A stretch of DNA of 64,000 nucleotides from Eledone cirrhosa (Eukaryota): assembly GCA_964016885.1 (NCBI GenBank), contig OZ024741.1, positions 280,984,001 to 281,048,000 on the forward strand, in the 5' to 3' direction. Position numbers and translations under genes: made by a program. Positions within the stretch are counted from its first letter, which is position 1; every line of letters begins with the position of its first letter. The notes below the pieces were generated by a model. It was not told the origin of the DNA, searched no databases, and worked only from the letters and a program-made list of their open reading frames with translations. This document shows, one piece after another, positions 39,225 through 52,929 of this stretch.

Positions 39225-40196
39225 TCTAAGGCGGGTAAAATTCCCGAGATCCATGGACGAGTTCTCTCCAGCGGTTTCTGTCCCTCATTATCGCTGCCAT
39301 ATCCTGCATCTCCAACAGACCAGTGTCTGTCCTTAGGGCATCACATATGTTAACCTTGGTCTTCCTCTTCTAATGTGTCCATGTAAGGGCTCCCAAAGGA
39401 GCACTGAGTGCAATGTCAACCCTGGATGTCGGTGAGCATGTCCAGCTAACCTCAGTCTTCTCTGTGTCACTTTTGAGCTGACTTTTGGGATGCTCCCATA
39501 CAGCTCTGAGTTTTTCATCCTCAGTGTATACTGATCAATGTTCAGAGCCATCCTCAGCATTCTCGTGTAGCACCCATCCACCATCTGAGTGAGTTTCTTG
39601 GTCAGTGTCCAAGTGTCAGACCCATACAGCAGCACAGACTCCACTACAGCAATGAAGAGGCGGACCTTCAGGTCCCTATGAAGGTCCGACTTCCACACCG
39701 ATCCCAAGCTGTGACACGCCGCCCAGGCCTTGCTCTTCCTCTCAACCACATCATCTTCCGTATTCCCAATCTTTGCTCCCAAATACAGGAAGTCCTCAAC
39801 CAATTCCAGCGGCTTCCCGCCTACATTAGTGATCCCCTCTGGCTTCTCAACATTCTCTACCAGATATTTTGTTTTAGTCTCATTCATTCTCAGCCCCACA
39901 CTCATCGACACAGTCTCAACCTCCCGCATCAAATCCTCTGCCTCCTTCACTGTATTTGTCACCAAAACTATGTCGTCAGCAAATTCAGCATCCGATATCT
40001 TTTTCGCCCCAACTCTCCTGCTCTGAGCCGGTGCTACAGTAAAGCCAGAGTCCTGGTGTTTCTCCAGTGCAAGGCGCATACAATAGTCCACTACGATGAT
40101 AAAAAGGTAGGGAGCCAATGTATCTTCCTGGAGCACTCCAGCCAGTATCTCAAAGAACTCTGTTCTCCCATCAGGTGTAATGACTTGGGCTTTGGT
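39225..40196 (-). mobile_element. 3' fragment of the 22759-25131 LINE family
   Basis: Near-identical reverse complement of about 24159-25135, bounded by (TA)n tracts. Confidence 0.95.
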
Positions 40197-40205
40197 ATGT
40201 ATGTA

Positions 40206-40260
<55 letters not shown>

Positions 40261-40720
40261 ATACGAAAAACATGGTAAGAAAGTGGAATACTGCATGGTT
40301 GCACATGGGTTACATATTATAAAATTAGTCCCTCATCAGTGATTTGCCAACCATCATTGGTATTTCATCGCATTATGTATGTATATATATATATATATAT
40401 ATGAATATCATCATCACCGTTTTACGTCCGTTCTTCCACGCTAGAATGGGTTAGACGGGTTTTCCTGTTGTGGGCAGTGTCTGGTCGGCTGACCATGCCT
40501 TGCTCATACAGGAACTGATTTGGCTTGATATCTACAGCTGGATGCCCTTCCTAACACCAACCTCATTTACAGTGAGTGCTGGGTGCTTTTTCATGGCGCC
40601 TACACGTCCACTTTACAGTGTGGGCTGGGTGCTTTTTTTTTGTGGCACCTCCACGACCACCTTGGGGTGTGGGGGCATATTGTCTATATGCTTCAGCTTG
40701 TACCCATATATATGTATATA

Positions 40721-40802
<82 letters not shown>

Positions 40803-40850
40803 TATATGTATATATATATGTATGTATATATGTATATATATGTATGTTTG

Positions 40851-41263
40851 TCACCGGGAGAGATGACCCCTTAGCCTTTGTCAAGGCAGAACTCTAGGAG
40901 AAGGAAAGCTCTGATATAACATCTGCAACCCTGATGGTATCCAATGATGTTGACTTGTTCTTCTTTTTGGTAAATATTATCTTGATTAAGAGAGTGGGAC
41001 TGGCTTTGTGCAGTGCCTTTGCTCACTATAAAAGCTTCACGGCACAGGCATTGCTTTATATCTGGAGATCTCTCTGCACTTTTCGTCACATGGTACCATG
41101 GGCCCAGTACTATGTGTCAGTAATTGTCACAAGTGTAGTCTTTGTACCAGAGTTTTCAAGTCGCTGGCTGGACTACAAAGTCACTCGTTCAGCGCATCAG
41201 TAGGGGTTCTCCTACATGGATATAAAGTAGTGGCCGTACTCGAAAACGAGTTGGCAGCCACCA
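40851..41263 (+). mobile_element. Second copy of the bipartite RTE-derived element
   Basis: Closely matches about 25402-25817. Confidence 0.8.
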
Positions 41264-41285
41264 TATATATATGTATGTATATATG

Positions 41286-41334
<49 letters not shown>

Positions 41335-41375
41335 ATGTAAGTATATATATATATGTATGTATGTATATGTAAGTA

Positions 41376-41408
<33 letters not shown>

Positions 41409-41439
41409 ATATGTATATATATATATGTATGTATATATG

Positions 41440-41474
<35 letters not shown>

Positions 41475-42018
41475 GTATATATATGTATGTATATATATGT
41501 ATTTATGTATATATGTATATATATGTATATATATGTATGTATTTATATATGTATATATATATGTATGTATGTATATATGTATATATATGTATCATCATCA
41601 TCACCGTTTTACGTACGTTCTTCCACGCTAGCATGGGTTAGATGGGTTGCCCTGCTGCGAGCAGTGTCCGGTCGGCTGACCTTGTCTTGCTCATACGGGA
41701 ACTGATTCTGGCTTGATTTCTACAGCTGGATGCCCTTCCTAACACCAACCTCATTTACAGTATGGGCTGGGTGCTTTTTTGCTGTGGCACCTCCGCGACA
41801 CTTTGCAGTGGGAGGGTGTGGGGGCATAATGTCTATATTTTCATTTACATTTATTCATGTATTAACGTTTATTCATTTATTTGTCCCTCTATTCTTCTGT
41901 CTATCCTACGTTATTTCTACTCATGTTTGTCTCTCCTCTATATACCATCATCTTCTATATATCTTCTTCTCTTTATATTTCTATCTATAATAATTTCTCC
42001 TTTTTCTTCTTTCTCTTT

Positions 42019-42881
42019 GATATTTGTTCGCGAGATTACTGTCTAGGGAAAAATAACACAGTAGTTTTATTTTTTAAGATTTATTTATCAAACCTGGGTC
42101 AGTTTGTCTCCATGACTTGTTCTTTCGATCTCACTTGATAAACCCGCCATTGGCTTTGATGACGGCCTCAAGACGGCCTCGGAACCGGCTACAGGCCTTC
42201 GTCACTGTCCCCCGACTTAGGCCCCTAAAAGCACTTGTGATCCTGGCCTTCAGATTCTCTTTCATATTGCAGCTAGATCTGTTGGTGTCTCGTTCCACTG
42301 CGCCCCACACAAAGAAGTTGAGGGGGTGGAAGGCCAGATGTCAGGTGAAGTGTGGTCGACGAAGTTCTCTAACAGCCAGGCTTGGGTCTTATGGCTGGTA
42401 TGGCAGGGCGCTGAGTCTTGCTGCCACACGTACGGCCTACCTGTAGCTACCTGGTCGATCCAGGGCTTTACTACCTCACTCAGAACGTGGATGTAGCCAT
42501 CAGTGTTCAGCTTGAGGCTCTCGGGGAAGAAGTGAGGTGGCATGACGTCACCTTGACTGCTGACGACACCTAAGACCAATGTTGTCGCTGGAAACTTTGT
42601 CTGCATGACTCTGGGCACGTCTTTGGATGAGACAGCGAGCCACCTGTTGTTCTGGGAGTTGATCATCTGGTCTTATTTGTCCTCCCGGCGCAGATTCCAA
42701 GAAGAACTCCGTGTCTCTTCCACAAATTTGGAGGTTCAAATTATTCATAATCAATTATTCTGAAAATATATAATGGAAATATAGTCACTGTTTTTATGAA
42801 GACAAGAGTGACAACGGAAGTAAAAAACATTTGCATAAAATTAGCAGTTGAAAATTGCGAACAAATATCGTCTGCACCCGG
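42019..42881 (-). mobile_element. Internally deleted Tc1/mariner (maT-like) transposon
   Basis: Transposase remnant NSQNNRW...VVKPWI...VWQQDSAPCH. Partial TIR gatatttgttcgc / gcgaacaaatatc. The right end is followed by TA. Confidence 0.85.
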
Positions 42882-42897
42882 TATGTATGTATATATG

Positions 42898-42930
<33 letters not shown>

Positions 42931-42971
42931 ATATATATATATGTATGTATGTATATATATATATATGTATG

Positions 42972-43006
<35 letters not shown>

Positions 43007-43178
43007 GTGTATATATAATATAATATCATGACTCTGTTTTCCTTTTAATGTTTTATTGTTTTCCGGGATTTATTTTAACCTACAACATTTTCAACATATG
43101 GATTACATTGAGTTCTTCATGCAGACTGGACCCCACAACTTACCGTGGATATCTCTGTGTATATAGATATATATATGT

Positions 43179-43235
43179 AAGAGCTTCCGGATGATTTCTC
43201 ATGAATGAAACAGTTCTAGTCCTGTAGAAGCTCTT
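43179..43235 (+). ncRNA. Type I hammerhead variant (family 5)
   Basis: AAGAGCUUC-CGGAUGA-u-UUC ucau GAA-u-GAAA-CAG uucuaguc CUG-UA-GAAGCUCUU: perfect 9-bp stem I, GUA site, U4G core change. Confidence 0.72.
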
Positions 43236-43387
43236 CTATATATATATATATATAAATATATATATATGTGTGTATATATATATATATATATAAATATGTA
43301 TATATGTATGTATAAATATATATATATGTCTGTATATATATATTTATACATGTATATATATATATATATGCATGTATATATATATCT

Positions 43388-43927
43388 GGAGGCTCATGGC
43401 TTAGTGGTTAGAGCATTGGCTTTGCAATCGAAAGGTTGTGAGTTCAATTCTCAGACCGGGTGATGTGTTGTTTCCTTGAGCAAGACACTTTATTTCACAA
43501 TGCTCCAGTTTACTTAGCTGTAGAAGTGAGATGATAGGGACTGGGGTCCCTATCATTCCACTGCAAAGTGGTTGTGGAGGTGCCACGGCAAAAAAGCATC
43601 CATCACTCACTGTAATTGAGGTTGGTGTTAGGAAGGACATCCAGCTGTAGAAATCAAGCCAGCATCATTTCCCGTCCCACCCTTGCAAGCAAGGAAAAAG
43701 CGGACGTAAAATGCTGATGATTATATATCATCATTTTTTTTTTACGTCCGCAGTGTAATGATAGGGGCCCCAGTCCCTATCATCTCATTTCTACAGCTGA
43801 GTAAACTGGAGCAATGTGAAATAAAGTGTCTTGCTCAAGGAAACAACACATCACCCGGTCTGAGAATTGAACTCACAACCTTTCGATTCCAAGGCCAATG
43901 CTCTAACCCCTAAGCCATGTGCCTCCA
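43388..43927. repeat. Inverted pair of identically truncated tRNA-SINEs around chimeric LINE tails
   Basis: 43388-43564 and about 43750-43927 are reverse complements with a few mismatches. Confidence 0.9.
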
Positions 43928-43956
43928 TATATGAATGTATATATATATATATATAT

Positions 43957-46150
43957 CATCATCATCATCTTCGTTTAACGTCCGTTTTCCATGCTAGCAT
44001 GGGTTAGACGGTAGTTGTCCCACTTGAGGCAAGGCTGGTCGGGTGACCGTGTCTCGCTCATATAGGACTATCTGGCAGGTTTTCTATGGCTGGATGCCCT
44101 TCCTAACACCAACCACATTTACAGTGTGGAACTGGGAACTTTTTAATGTTACCTACACGGCCACATTACAGCGTGGACTGTGTGTGTTTTTTGTCATGAC
44201 GCCTACACAAACTCGATCTCATTTTCTCAAACTGTTGGTGGGAGTGGGAGGATAGGGTAAGGGTAGTGTATGGGGTGTATATTTGGTTAAGAGGTGCCTA
44301 CTGACTGTAGGTTTCGCTTTGTACATAGGCAAGGCTGGTCTTCTGTATTACTGCTTAGCGCCACAGGTCTCGGTCCAAAGACATTGTCTTAGAGAGATGT
44401 AAGTGTGTGAGGTCGTAATTTATCAGATCATCCCAGGTTTTTCTGGGTCTACCTACTCCGTGGCTACCATCAATTTTGATCGCCCTGCACTTTTTTTATG
44501 CAGCTGTCGTCTTTCATGCACATCACGTGACCATACCAACGTAGTCTTCTCTCAAGTAAACAGCATCTGATCCCTCTTATTCCTAATTTCTCACTTAGTT
44601 CATTTATGCTTTGCCGTTCACGTATATTACTGTTACACTTCCAACGGAGCATGCATGCTTCGTTCCTTTCCAGTCTACGCAGGTCCTCTGCACGTAATGC
44701 CCAGGTCTCACTGCCATGTAGCATTGCTGTTCGTATACAGGCATCATACAATCTGCCTTTCATTTTTAGAGAGAAACCTTTTGTGGTCAACGGCGGTATA
44801 AGCTCTCTGAACTTTTTCCATCCCGTTCTGACTCTAGCTACTGTACTTTCAGAACACCCTCCACCACTGCTGATTTTGTCACCCAGGTAACGGAAAGTGT
44901 CTACTATTTCTATAGAACCATCTGGGCAATAGAAGGAGCTAGTATCGTTTGGACACTTGCTACTTATTGCACCTGAGCATTGGCCACATATAAAGTCTAC
45001 GTTCTTAGATAGTTTACCTGTGATCCCACTACATCTTTTATGTATCCATACTTTGCATTTGGGACATAAAATGGAATTTCTGCCTACTCCTCTCCTACAC
45101 ACTGAGCATGGCCATTTCCCTTAGGGCACCTGTGCCCTATTTTCCTTTCTACAAACTAGAACTTTAGTCTTAGTCAAGTTAACTCTAAGGCCTTTTGATT
45201 CTAGGCCATGCTTCCATGTTTCGAATTTCTTCTCTAGTTCAGCCATTGATTCAGCTATGAGCGTTAGATCATCTGCGTATAGGAGTTCCTATGGGCAGCC
45301 GGTCTTGAACTCCTCTGTTATAGCCTGAAGGGCAATAATAAATAGTAGGGGGCTAAGGACAGAGCCTTGATGAACGCCAACTTTTACACTAAATTCTTCA
45401 CAATATTCATTGTTAATTCTAACCTTACTGACTGTTTCATTATACATAATTTGTATAGCTCTCACAAGCCATTCATCTACACTGAGTTTTCTAAGAGCCC
45501 ACCAGATAATGGAGCGGGGGACTCTGTCAAAAGCTTTCTCCAGGTCTACAAAAGCTAAGTAGAGGGGTTTACTTTTAGCTAGGTACTTCTCTTGTAGTTG
45601 TCGTACAAGGAAAAGAGCATCTGTGGTACTTTTACCTGACACAAACCCAAACTGCATTTCATTTGATCAATTCGTTCTCTGATTAGTTGCGCTATAACTC
45701 TTTCTGTGACCTTCATGACCTGGTCAACTAACTTAATACCTCTATAGTTTCCCCTATCTAAAGCATCCCCTTTACTCTTGTAGCAGTTAATGATGATGCT
45801 GCTATGCCAGTCTTTTGGTATGACTCCATTCCAAATCTCCGCAGTCAACCCATCAAATAGGTCTAAACTTAAGGAGTAGTAACCGGGGTGGTAGCTTTGC
45901 TATACTGATTTATTAGGGAACTTACTAAAGCCGCTGAGTTATGATTGGACCATTAGCAATGGTGGTGTGTGGGGGAGGGTGGGTGGGAAATGGGTAACTT
46001 TAGGAGAAGGATTTGATTTAGGAAGGGTCTAACAGAATGAGACAAATCATTTAAAAACATGTAAATATTAATTGAAAATCCGAGAGAAACAAACTGGGAA
46101 TTTGAATTGTAGACTAGCATAGCCCAGAGTTTAAAAACACTGCTCATTGG
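43957..46150 (-). mobile_element. Internally deleted RTEX-like LINE
   Basis: A 5'UTR-like segment (resembles about 50790-51000) is fused at about 45830 to RT (NGVIPKDW). 3'UTR and tail present. Confidence 0.88.
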
Positions 46151-46211
46151 GAAGACTGCGGAATATGGAAGACAATGCTTACATTCTCAAAATCAACAAG
46201 TCGTCCGTAAG

Positions 46212-46246
<35 letters not shown>

Positions 46247-47177
46247 CGACTTTCGTCAAATCGGACCGCTGAAACAATGTTTTCGTCGGTCTTCCAGTTG
46301 CTAATACTATCTGTCGGTCGCAACTCCAGGTAGAAGGAGCAACGTGAAATAAAGTGTCTTGCTCAAGGACATAACGCATCGCCCCGTCCAGGAATCGAAC
46401 TCAGTAGTATGTATACATATATACATACATGCATACATATATATATGTACGTATGGATTCACCAAACATTTATTATAATGCTCGGTGTGTTTGTAAACAA
46501 ACATCCCGTATCAAGTTGTAGTGTCTAGCAACCACCGTTGCTCGTTTGTTCAACACTGACAAAGGAACTCTGTACTAGTTTCAAGCTTGTTAGCTATCGT
46601 CATATGTGTGTATGTATATATGTATACATACTACTGTATGTCTGTATACATATATGTATGTACGTATACATACTTATATTTAAGTAACAGCCGTACTAAG
46701 AGTGGGAAATGAAATTTCGTTTCATTTTTTCCGTTTATCGTTTTCGGTGCACCCGGCCGATTAACCCACTCAATATGCAAATTGGGCTACTCAGCCGTTA
46801 ATATGCATAAGGAAAGTATATACTTTCGAACGTTCAACTATCTGTCAAGAAAGTATACGTTGCTGACGATAGCTAACAAGCTTGAAACTAGTACAGCGTT
46901 CCTTTGTCAGTGTTGAACAAACGAGCAACGGTGGTTGCTAGACACTACGGCTTAATACGGGATGTTTGTTTACAAACACACCGAGCATTATAATAAATGC
47001 TCGGTGAATCCATACGTACATATATATATGTGTGCATGTATGTATATATGTATACATACTACTGTACGTCTGTATACATATATGTATGTACGTATACATA
47101 CTTATATTTAAGTAACAGCCGTACTAAGAGTGGGAAATGAAATTTTGTTTCATTTTTTCCGTTTATATATATATGTA

Positions 47178-50100
47178 TCATCATCATCATCATCATCATC
47201 AACGTTTAACGTCCGTGTTCCACGCTTGCATGGGTTTGGACGGGGGTAGTCCCACTTGAGGCAAGAGTGATTGTCTTGCTCGCATAGGACTGTCTGGCAG
47301 GTTTTCTACAGTTGGATGTCCTTCCTAACACCAACCACATTTACAGTGTGGGTCTGGGAGGTTTTTACCGTGTTGCCTACATGGCCACATTACAGCGTGG
47401 ACTGTGTGTTTTTTTGTCGTGACACCTACACGATCTCATTTGTTTCGGCCTGGATGGCGCGGCACCAACATAACTTTACATAGAACGGGGTGGTGTGGAT
47501 GGGGTGGGGGTGGTGGTGGTGGGACGGGGTGTATTTTGTTAGAGATGCCTACTGGCTGTAGTAGGTTTTACTATGTATTTAGGTAAGGCGGGTCTTCTCT
47601 GTTACTGAGTACCGCCAAAGGTCTCGGTCCAGTGACATTGTCTTGGAGAGGTGTAAGTGTGTGAGGTCGGAGTTTATCAGCTCGTCCCAGGTTTTTCTAG
47701 GTCTGCCTATTCCGTGGCTACCGTCTATCTTTATTGCCCTGCACTTTGTTATACAGCTATCGACTTTCATGCGCATCACGTGTCCATACCAACGTAGCCT
47801 TCTCTCGAGTAAACAACATCTGATCCCTCTTATCTCTAATTTTTTCCTTAGTTCGTTTATGCTTTGCCGTTCACGTATATTACTGTTACACATCCAGCGG
47901 AGCATGCAAGCTTCGTTCCTCTCTAGTCTGCGTATATCCTCTGCACACAATGCCCAGGTCTCACTGCCATGCAACATTGCTGTTCGTATGCAGGCATCGT
48001 ACAACCTGCCTTTCATTTTTAGGGAGAACCCTTTAGCAGCTAATAGTGGTATAAGCTCTCTGAACTTTTTCCAACCAGTTCTGACTCTAGCTACTGTACT
48101 TTCAGAGCACCCTCCCCCACTGCTGATTTTATCGCCCAGGTAACGGAAGCTGTCCAGTATTTCTATAGAAACCTCTGCGCAATTGAAAGAGCTAGTATTT
48201 TGTGGCAACTTGCTGCTACTTATTGCACCAGAACACCGGCCACATGTAAAATCTATGTTCTTAGTTAGCTTACCTGTGATCCCACTACATCTTTTATGCA
48301 CCCATACTTTGCATTTAGGACATAAAATGGAGTTTCTACCTACGCCTTTCCTACACACCGAGCACGACCATTTCCCAGAAGGGACCGCCGCCTTGTTTTC
48401 TTTCCTACAAACTAGTACTTTGGTCTTAGCCAGGTTGATTTTAAGTCCTTTTGACTCTAGGCCGTGCTTCCATGTTTGGAATTTCTTCTCTAGCTCGGCC
48501 ATTGATTCCGCTATGAGTGTCAGGTCGTCTGCGTATAGGAGTTCCCATGGGCAGCCTGTCTTGAACTCCTCTGTTATAGCCTGAAGGGCAATAATAAATA
48601 GTAGGGGGCTGAGAACAGAGCCCTGATGGACGCCAACTTTTACGCTAAACTCTTCACTATATTCGTTGTTAATTCTAACCTTGCTGACTGTTTCTTTATA
48701 CATGGCTTGTATAGCCCTCACAAGCCATTCGTCAATGCCTAGTTTTCTAAGAGCCCACCAGATAATGGAGCGGGGGACTCTGTCGAAGGCTTTCTCCAAG
48801 TCGACAAAAGCTAAGTAGAGGCGTTTACCTTTAGCTAGGTACTTCTGTAGTTGTCGTACAATGAAAAGAGCGTCTGTGGTACTTTTGCCTGACACAAACC
48901 CGAACTGCATTTCATTTGATCAATTCGCTCTCTGATTAGTTGCGCTATTACTTTTTCCGTGACCTTCATGACCTGGTCGATTAATTTAATGCCTCTATAG
49001 TTACTGCTATCTAGGGCGTCTCCTTTACCCTTATAACAGTTAACGATGATGCTGCTATGCAAGTCCTTCGGAACAACCCCATTCTGTACGACTTGGTTAA
49101 CTATGCGGGTGACCATGGTGTGTCCTACCGTGCCAGATGCCTTCAGCATCTCAGCAACTATTTCCGAAGGCCCAGCCGCCTTACCCGTCTTCATATCCTT
49201 GATTGCCTTACTTATTATACTACCCTCGACTAACACTGCTGGTCCCTCTATTGGGTCGATATGGGGGAGACTGTCTTTCTCCCATTTATTCTCCTCATTT
49301 AGTAGCCTTTCATAGTGACACTTCCAAGCTACCTTCTTATCAGCGTCGGTGATGACAAGTGTGCCATCATCATTTAGTACACACTTCTCCGCGACAATAT
49401 CACGGTTTTCCTTGACGCATTGCCTAGCAATCCTGAACACCTCACGTTTTTGGTCCTCGCGTTGTAGAACATGCTTGAACTTTCTTTCCTCTGCTTCCCT
49501 TCTTGCTAAGTACACTTGTCTCCTAGCTTCCCTCCGGGCCACTTGATAGTCTTCTCTACTTCCCCCATCCCACCATACTTTCCAAGCCTGCTTTTTGGCC
49601 TTAATTGACCCCTCCACTTTACTGTTCCACCACCATGTTACTCTCCTCCTGCTTACAGGCCTGCTCCAGCCACAGACTTCGTCTGTCGCCATCAGCAGGT
49701 TTGCTTTCAGAAATTCCCACTGTCCCTCTATATTGTCCGACTGTAAATGTTCTTCCTTACTGTCGAAAGCATCAAGTAATATGCTTTGAAATTTATTTCT
49801 GGCTGTGGGGTCCTTTAGCTTCCATATTTTTCTCCTGAGGATAGTCCTCTTCTGTTGTCGAGTACGTCTCGTCCTGACTATGAGGTCGCTAATTATCAGT
49901 CTATGTTGGGAGGTGCATTCTTCATGGGGGAGGGATTTGGTGTTTACAACAGACACTCTGTCACGTCTTCTGGTAAGGATATAATCTACCTGGCTTGTGT
50001 GTTCCCCGGATCTATAGGTGATCAGGTGATTGTCACGTTTTTTGAAGTTAGTGTTACAGATAGTTAGGTTATTTGCATCACAGAATTCCAGGATTCTGGA

Positions 50101-51000
50101 GCCTTCCTCATTTCTAGTACCAAACCCATAGCCTCCATGGATTTCGTCGTAGCCGTCACAATGTTGTCCAACGTGACCATTTAGGTCGCCTGCAATAATT
50201 ATATAGTCACTGTCGGATATTTGGGAGGTAGTGAGCATCAGTGTCTCATAGAATCTGTCTTTTATAGTGCCGGGCAGTCTGGATTGGGGTGCGTACGCAG
50301 ATATTACTGTCACCGTAGTTCTATTGAGGACAAGTCGTATTTTAATTATTCTGTCGTTCACTCTATTTACGTCTATTATCTTATCTGCCCACTTTTCTGC
50401 TACCATGATTCCTACTCCACCCAGCCCATCGTCGTTTCCCACCCAGAAAAGCTTATAACATCGTTTTTTACCCTCAATGAATCTAGCAGACCCACCCCTC
50501 CACCTGGTCTCTTAAATACAACAAACATCGACCTCCTTACGTTCAAGCATTTCTACAACCTCGTTAGCGCGACCCTTTAGGGTGCCTACATTTATGGTAC
50601 CAACTCTGAAGTTTTGGATTGCGTTTGGAGGGTGGGGGCGGTGGGGGGCGGGGGGAGATGGGGTTATGTTAGCCATCCGCGGACGAAACAAAGAGGAGTG
50701 CTCGCATTCTCGTCCACGAGGTGAATTTGACTTTAACTTTGGCATTTTCGCTGAGCGTCCAGACTTTTCTCTCCCTTCCACTCTCCAGGATTCCGCAGTC
50801 CATCCATCCATCCATCATATATCGAAGGCAACCGGGCAAGCGATAGTATAGGCCTCTGGCTTCTGATTGGTTTGTGTAATAATAATAATGGTGATGCGTG
50901 GGGGGGGGGGGGGGGGCTCTGACTTATGATTGGTCCACGTATTAAGAATGGTGGTGTGTGGGGGCGGGTGGGAGGTGTGTGGGGTAGCTAGCTGGAAGGT
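47178..51000 (-). mobile_element. Full-length RTEX-like LINE, disrupted by one stop and one frameshift
   Basis: Endonuclease start GTINVGTL...VCCI*ETRW, ORFs 48835-50442 and 47579-48910, 3'UTR and (gat)n tail. The 5' limit is approximate. Confidence 0.95.
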
Positions 51001-51523
51001 TATGATTGTTTAACAAGCGATTAACAAAAAAACAAAAATGCAAGATTTGTTCTGTTCAATACGACAAAAACTCCCGTATTTAACATAAATAACAAAAAAA
51101 TACAGATTTCGGATTTTGCAAGATTGGATGTTTGGACTAGGTACGAAATTGAAGCGTGGAGTAGACAGAAAAATGTGTACGTTACGATTACATGAGGTAC
51201 ACCATAGTAGGAAACAGCAATGAATTGGCGAAAAGTGATTAAACATGAAGGGGAGTTTATCTTATATATATATATATGTAGCTAAGAGAGAGAGAGAGAG
51301 GGGGAGGGGGAGAGAGAGAGTGGCTGACCGCAGTCCCTCGTGAAGTAGATGGAGGGTGAAGGGTGCCTGGGTTGTAGAAGCGGGATTTTTGACTTTCGAA
51401 GTAGCATAATATATATTTAAAGGAATTTATAAGAAGCAGTATGTATATATATATATTTATAAGAAGCAGTATGTATATATATAAATGTATGTATATATAA
51501 ATGTATGTATATATATATGTATG

Positions 51524-51554
<31 letters not shown>

Positions 51555-51642
51555 ATATATGTATGTATGTATATATATGTATGTATGTATATATGTATAT
51601 GTATGTATATATATATATATGTATGTATATATATATGTATAT

Positions 51643-52500
51643 ATAGATCTAGATGCCATATACAAATGGGCAGAAGACAACAACATGCAGTTTAATGCTG
51701 GCAAATTTGAAGCCCTACAATACAAACCTGCAAACACAAATACAGTACAACACAATTACACTGGACCTGGGTATAGACATGAGTGACGATGCATCTTTTT
51801 CCTCACACATCATGAAAGTGGCGACAATGTGCAGACGACTCGCTGGCTGGATCTTGAGGACTTTCCGGGTGAGAGACCGAGAGACCATGTTGACACTATG
51901 GAGGACATTTGTCCTAAGCCACCTGGACTATTGCTCCCAGCTGTGGTCACCCCATAGTGTCAAACTAACCACGGAGCTGGCGGCAATCCAGCGAAGCTAC
52001 ACCAAGAGGATTGCGACGATGAAGGAGATAAGCTACTGGGAGAGGCTAAAAGAACTGAACCTCTACACCTTGGAACGAAGACGGGAGAGATACGCAGTGA
52101 TATACATGTGGAAAATCCTGGAGGGACTAACACCAAACTTTGGCATTGGGAGCTGGACCAAACCCCAGAACAGGATGTCATTGTGTGGTGCTAAAGGTCC
52201 TGTTTTCCACATCTAGAATAAGGAGCAGATATTGCAATAGATTGGGGTTCAAGGGCCCTCAACTCTTCAACAAGCTGCCGAGGGATCTGAGAGATCTGCA
52301 CGGTGTGGAAGTGGTTGTTTTGAAGAAACATCTCGACACCTTGTTATCCAGGATCCCGGATGGGCCCACAGCAAGGCACGAGGGAAACCTAAGGGCAGCA
52401 GCAACGAACTCCCACTTGCACCAGTGGCCAACCAATACAGGCTGGAGATAAAATGTGTAGCTACAAGGGCGGTGCCCCAGCATGGCCTCAGCTGGATGGC
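51643..52500 (+). mobile_element. CR1-clade LINE 3' fragment
   Basis: [48 protein letters not shown]. Confidence 0.88.
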
Positions 52501-52929
52501 TGGAACAGGTAAAAGAGTATATGTATGTATATATTTATATGTATGTATATATGTATATATATGTATGTATATATGTATATATATGTATGTATATATGTGT
52601 AGATCACGCCATCTAGCGTCGACTGTGAAGGCAGTTGATTAACTGCCCTTAGTTCTGACATCACGTTCTGATGTCAGTAGCTGAAACAATATTTATTAAA
52701 CGATGCATGGCCTCAGCTGGATGGCTGGAACAGGTAAAAGAGTATATGTATGTATATATTTATATGTATGTATATATGTATATATATGTATGTATATATG
52801 TATATATATGTATGTATATATGTGTAGATCACGCCATCTAGCGTCGACTGTGAAGGCAGTTGATTAACTGCCCTTAGTTCTGACATCACGTTCTGATGTC
52901 AGTAGCTGAAACAATATTTATTAAACGAT
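52480..52929. repeat. Perfect-looking 225-bp tandem duplication spanning CR1 end, (TA)n and LTR start
   Basis: The unit gcatggcctcagc...ttaaacgat occurs at 52480 and 52705. Confidence 0.9.

Noticed and set aside
40270-40345. CUGAUGA-GGGAC... on the minus strand as a further hammerhead
   Set aside because: No GAAA, stem III or stem I partner follows. At most it is a broken relic.
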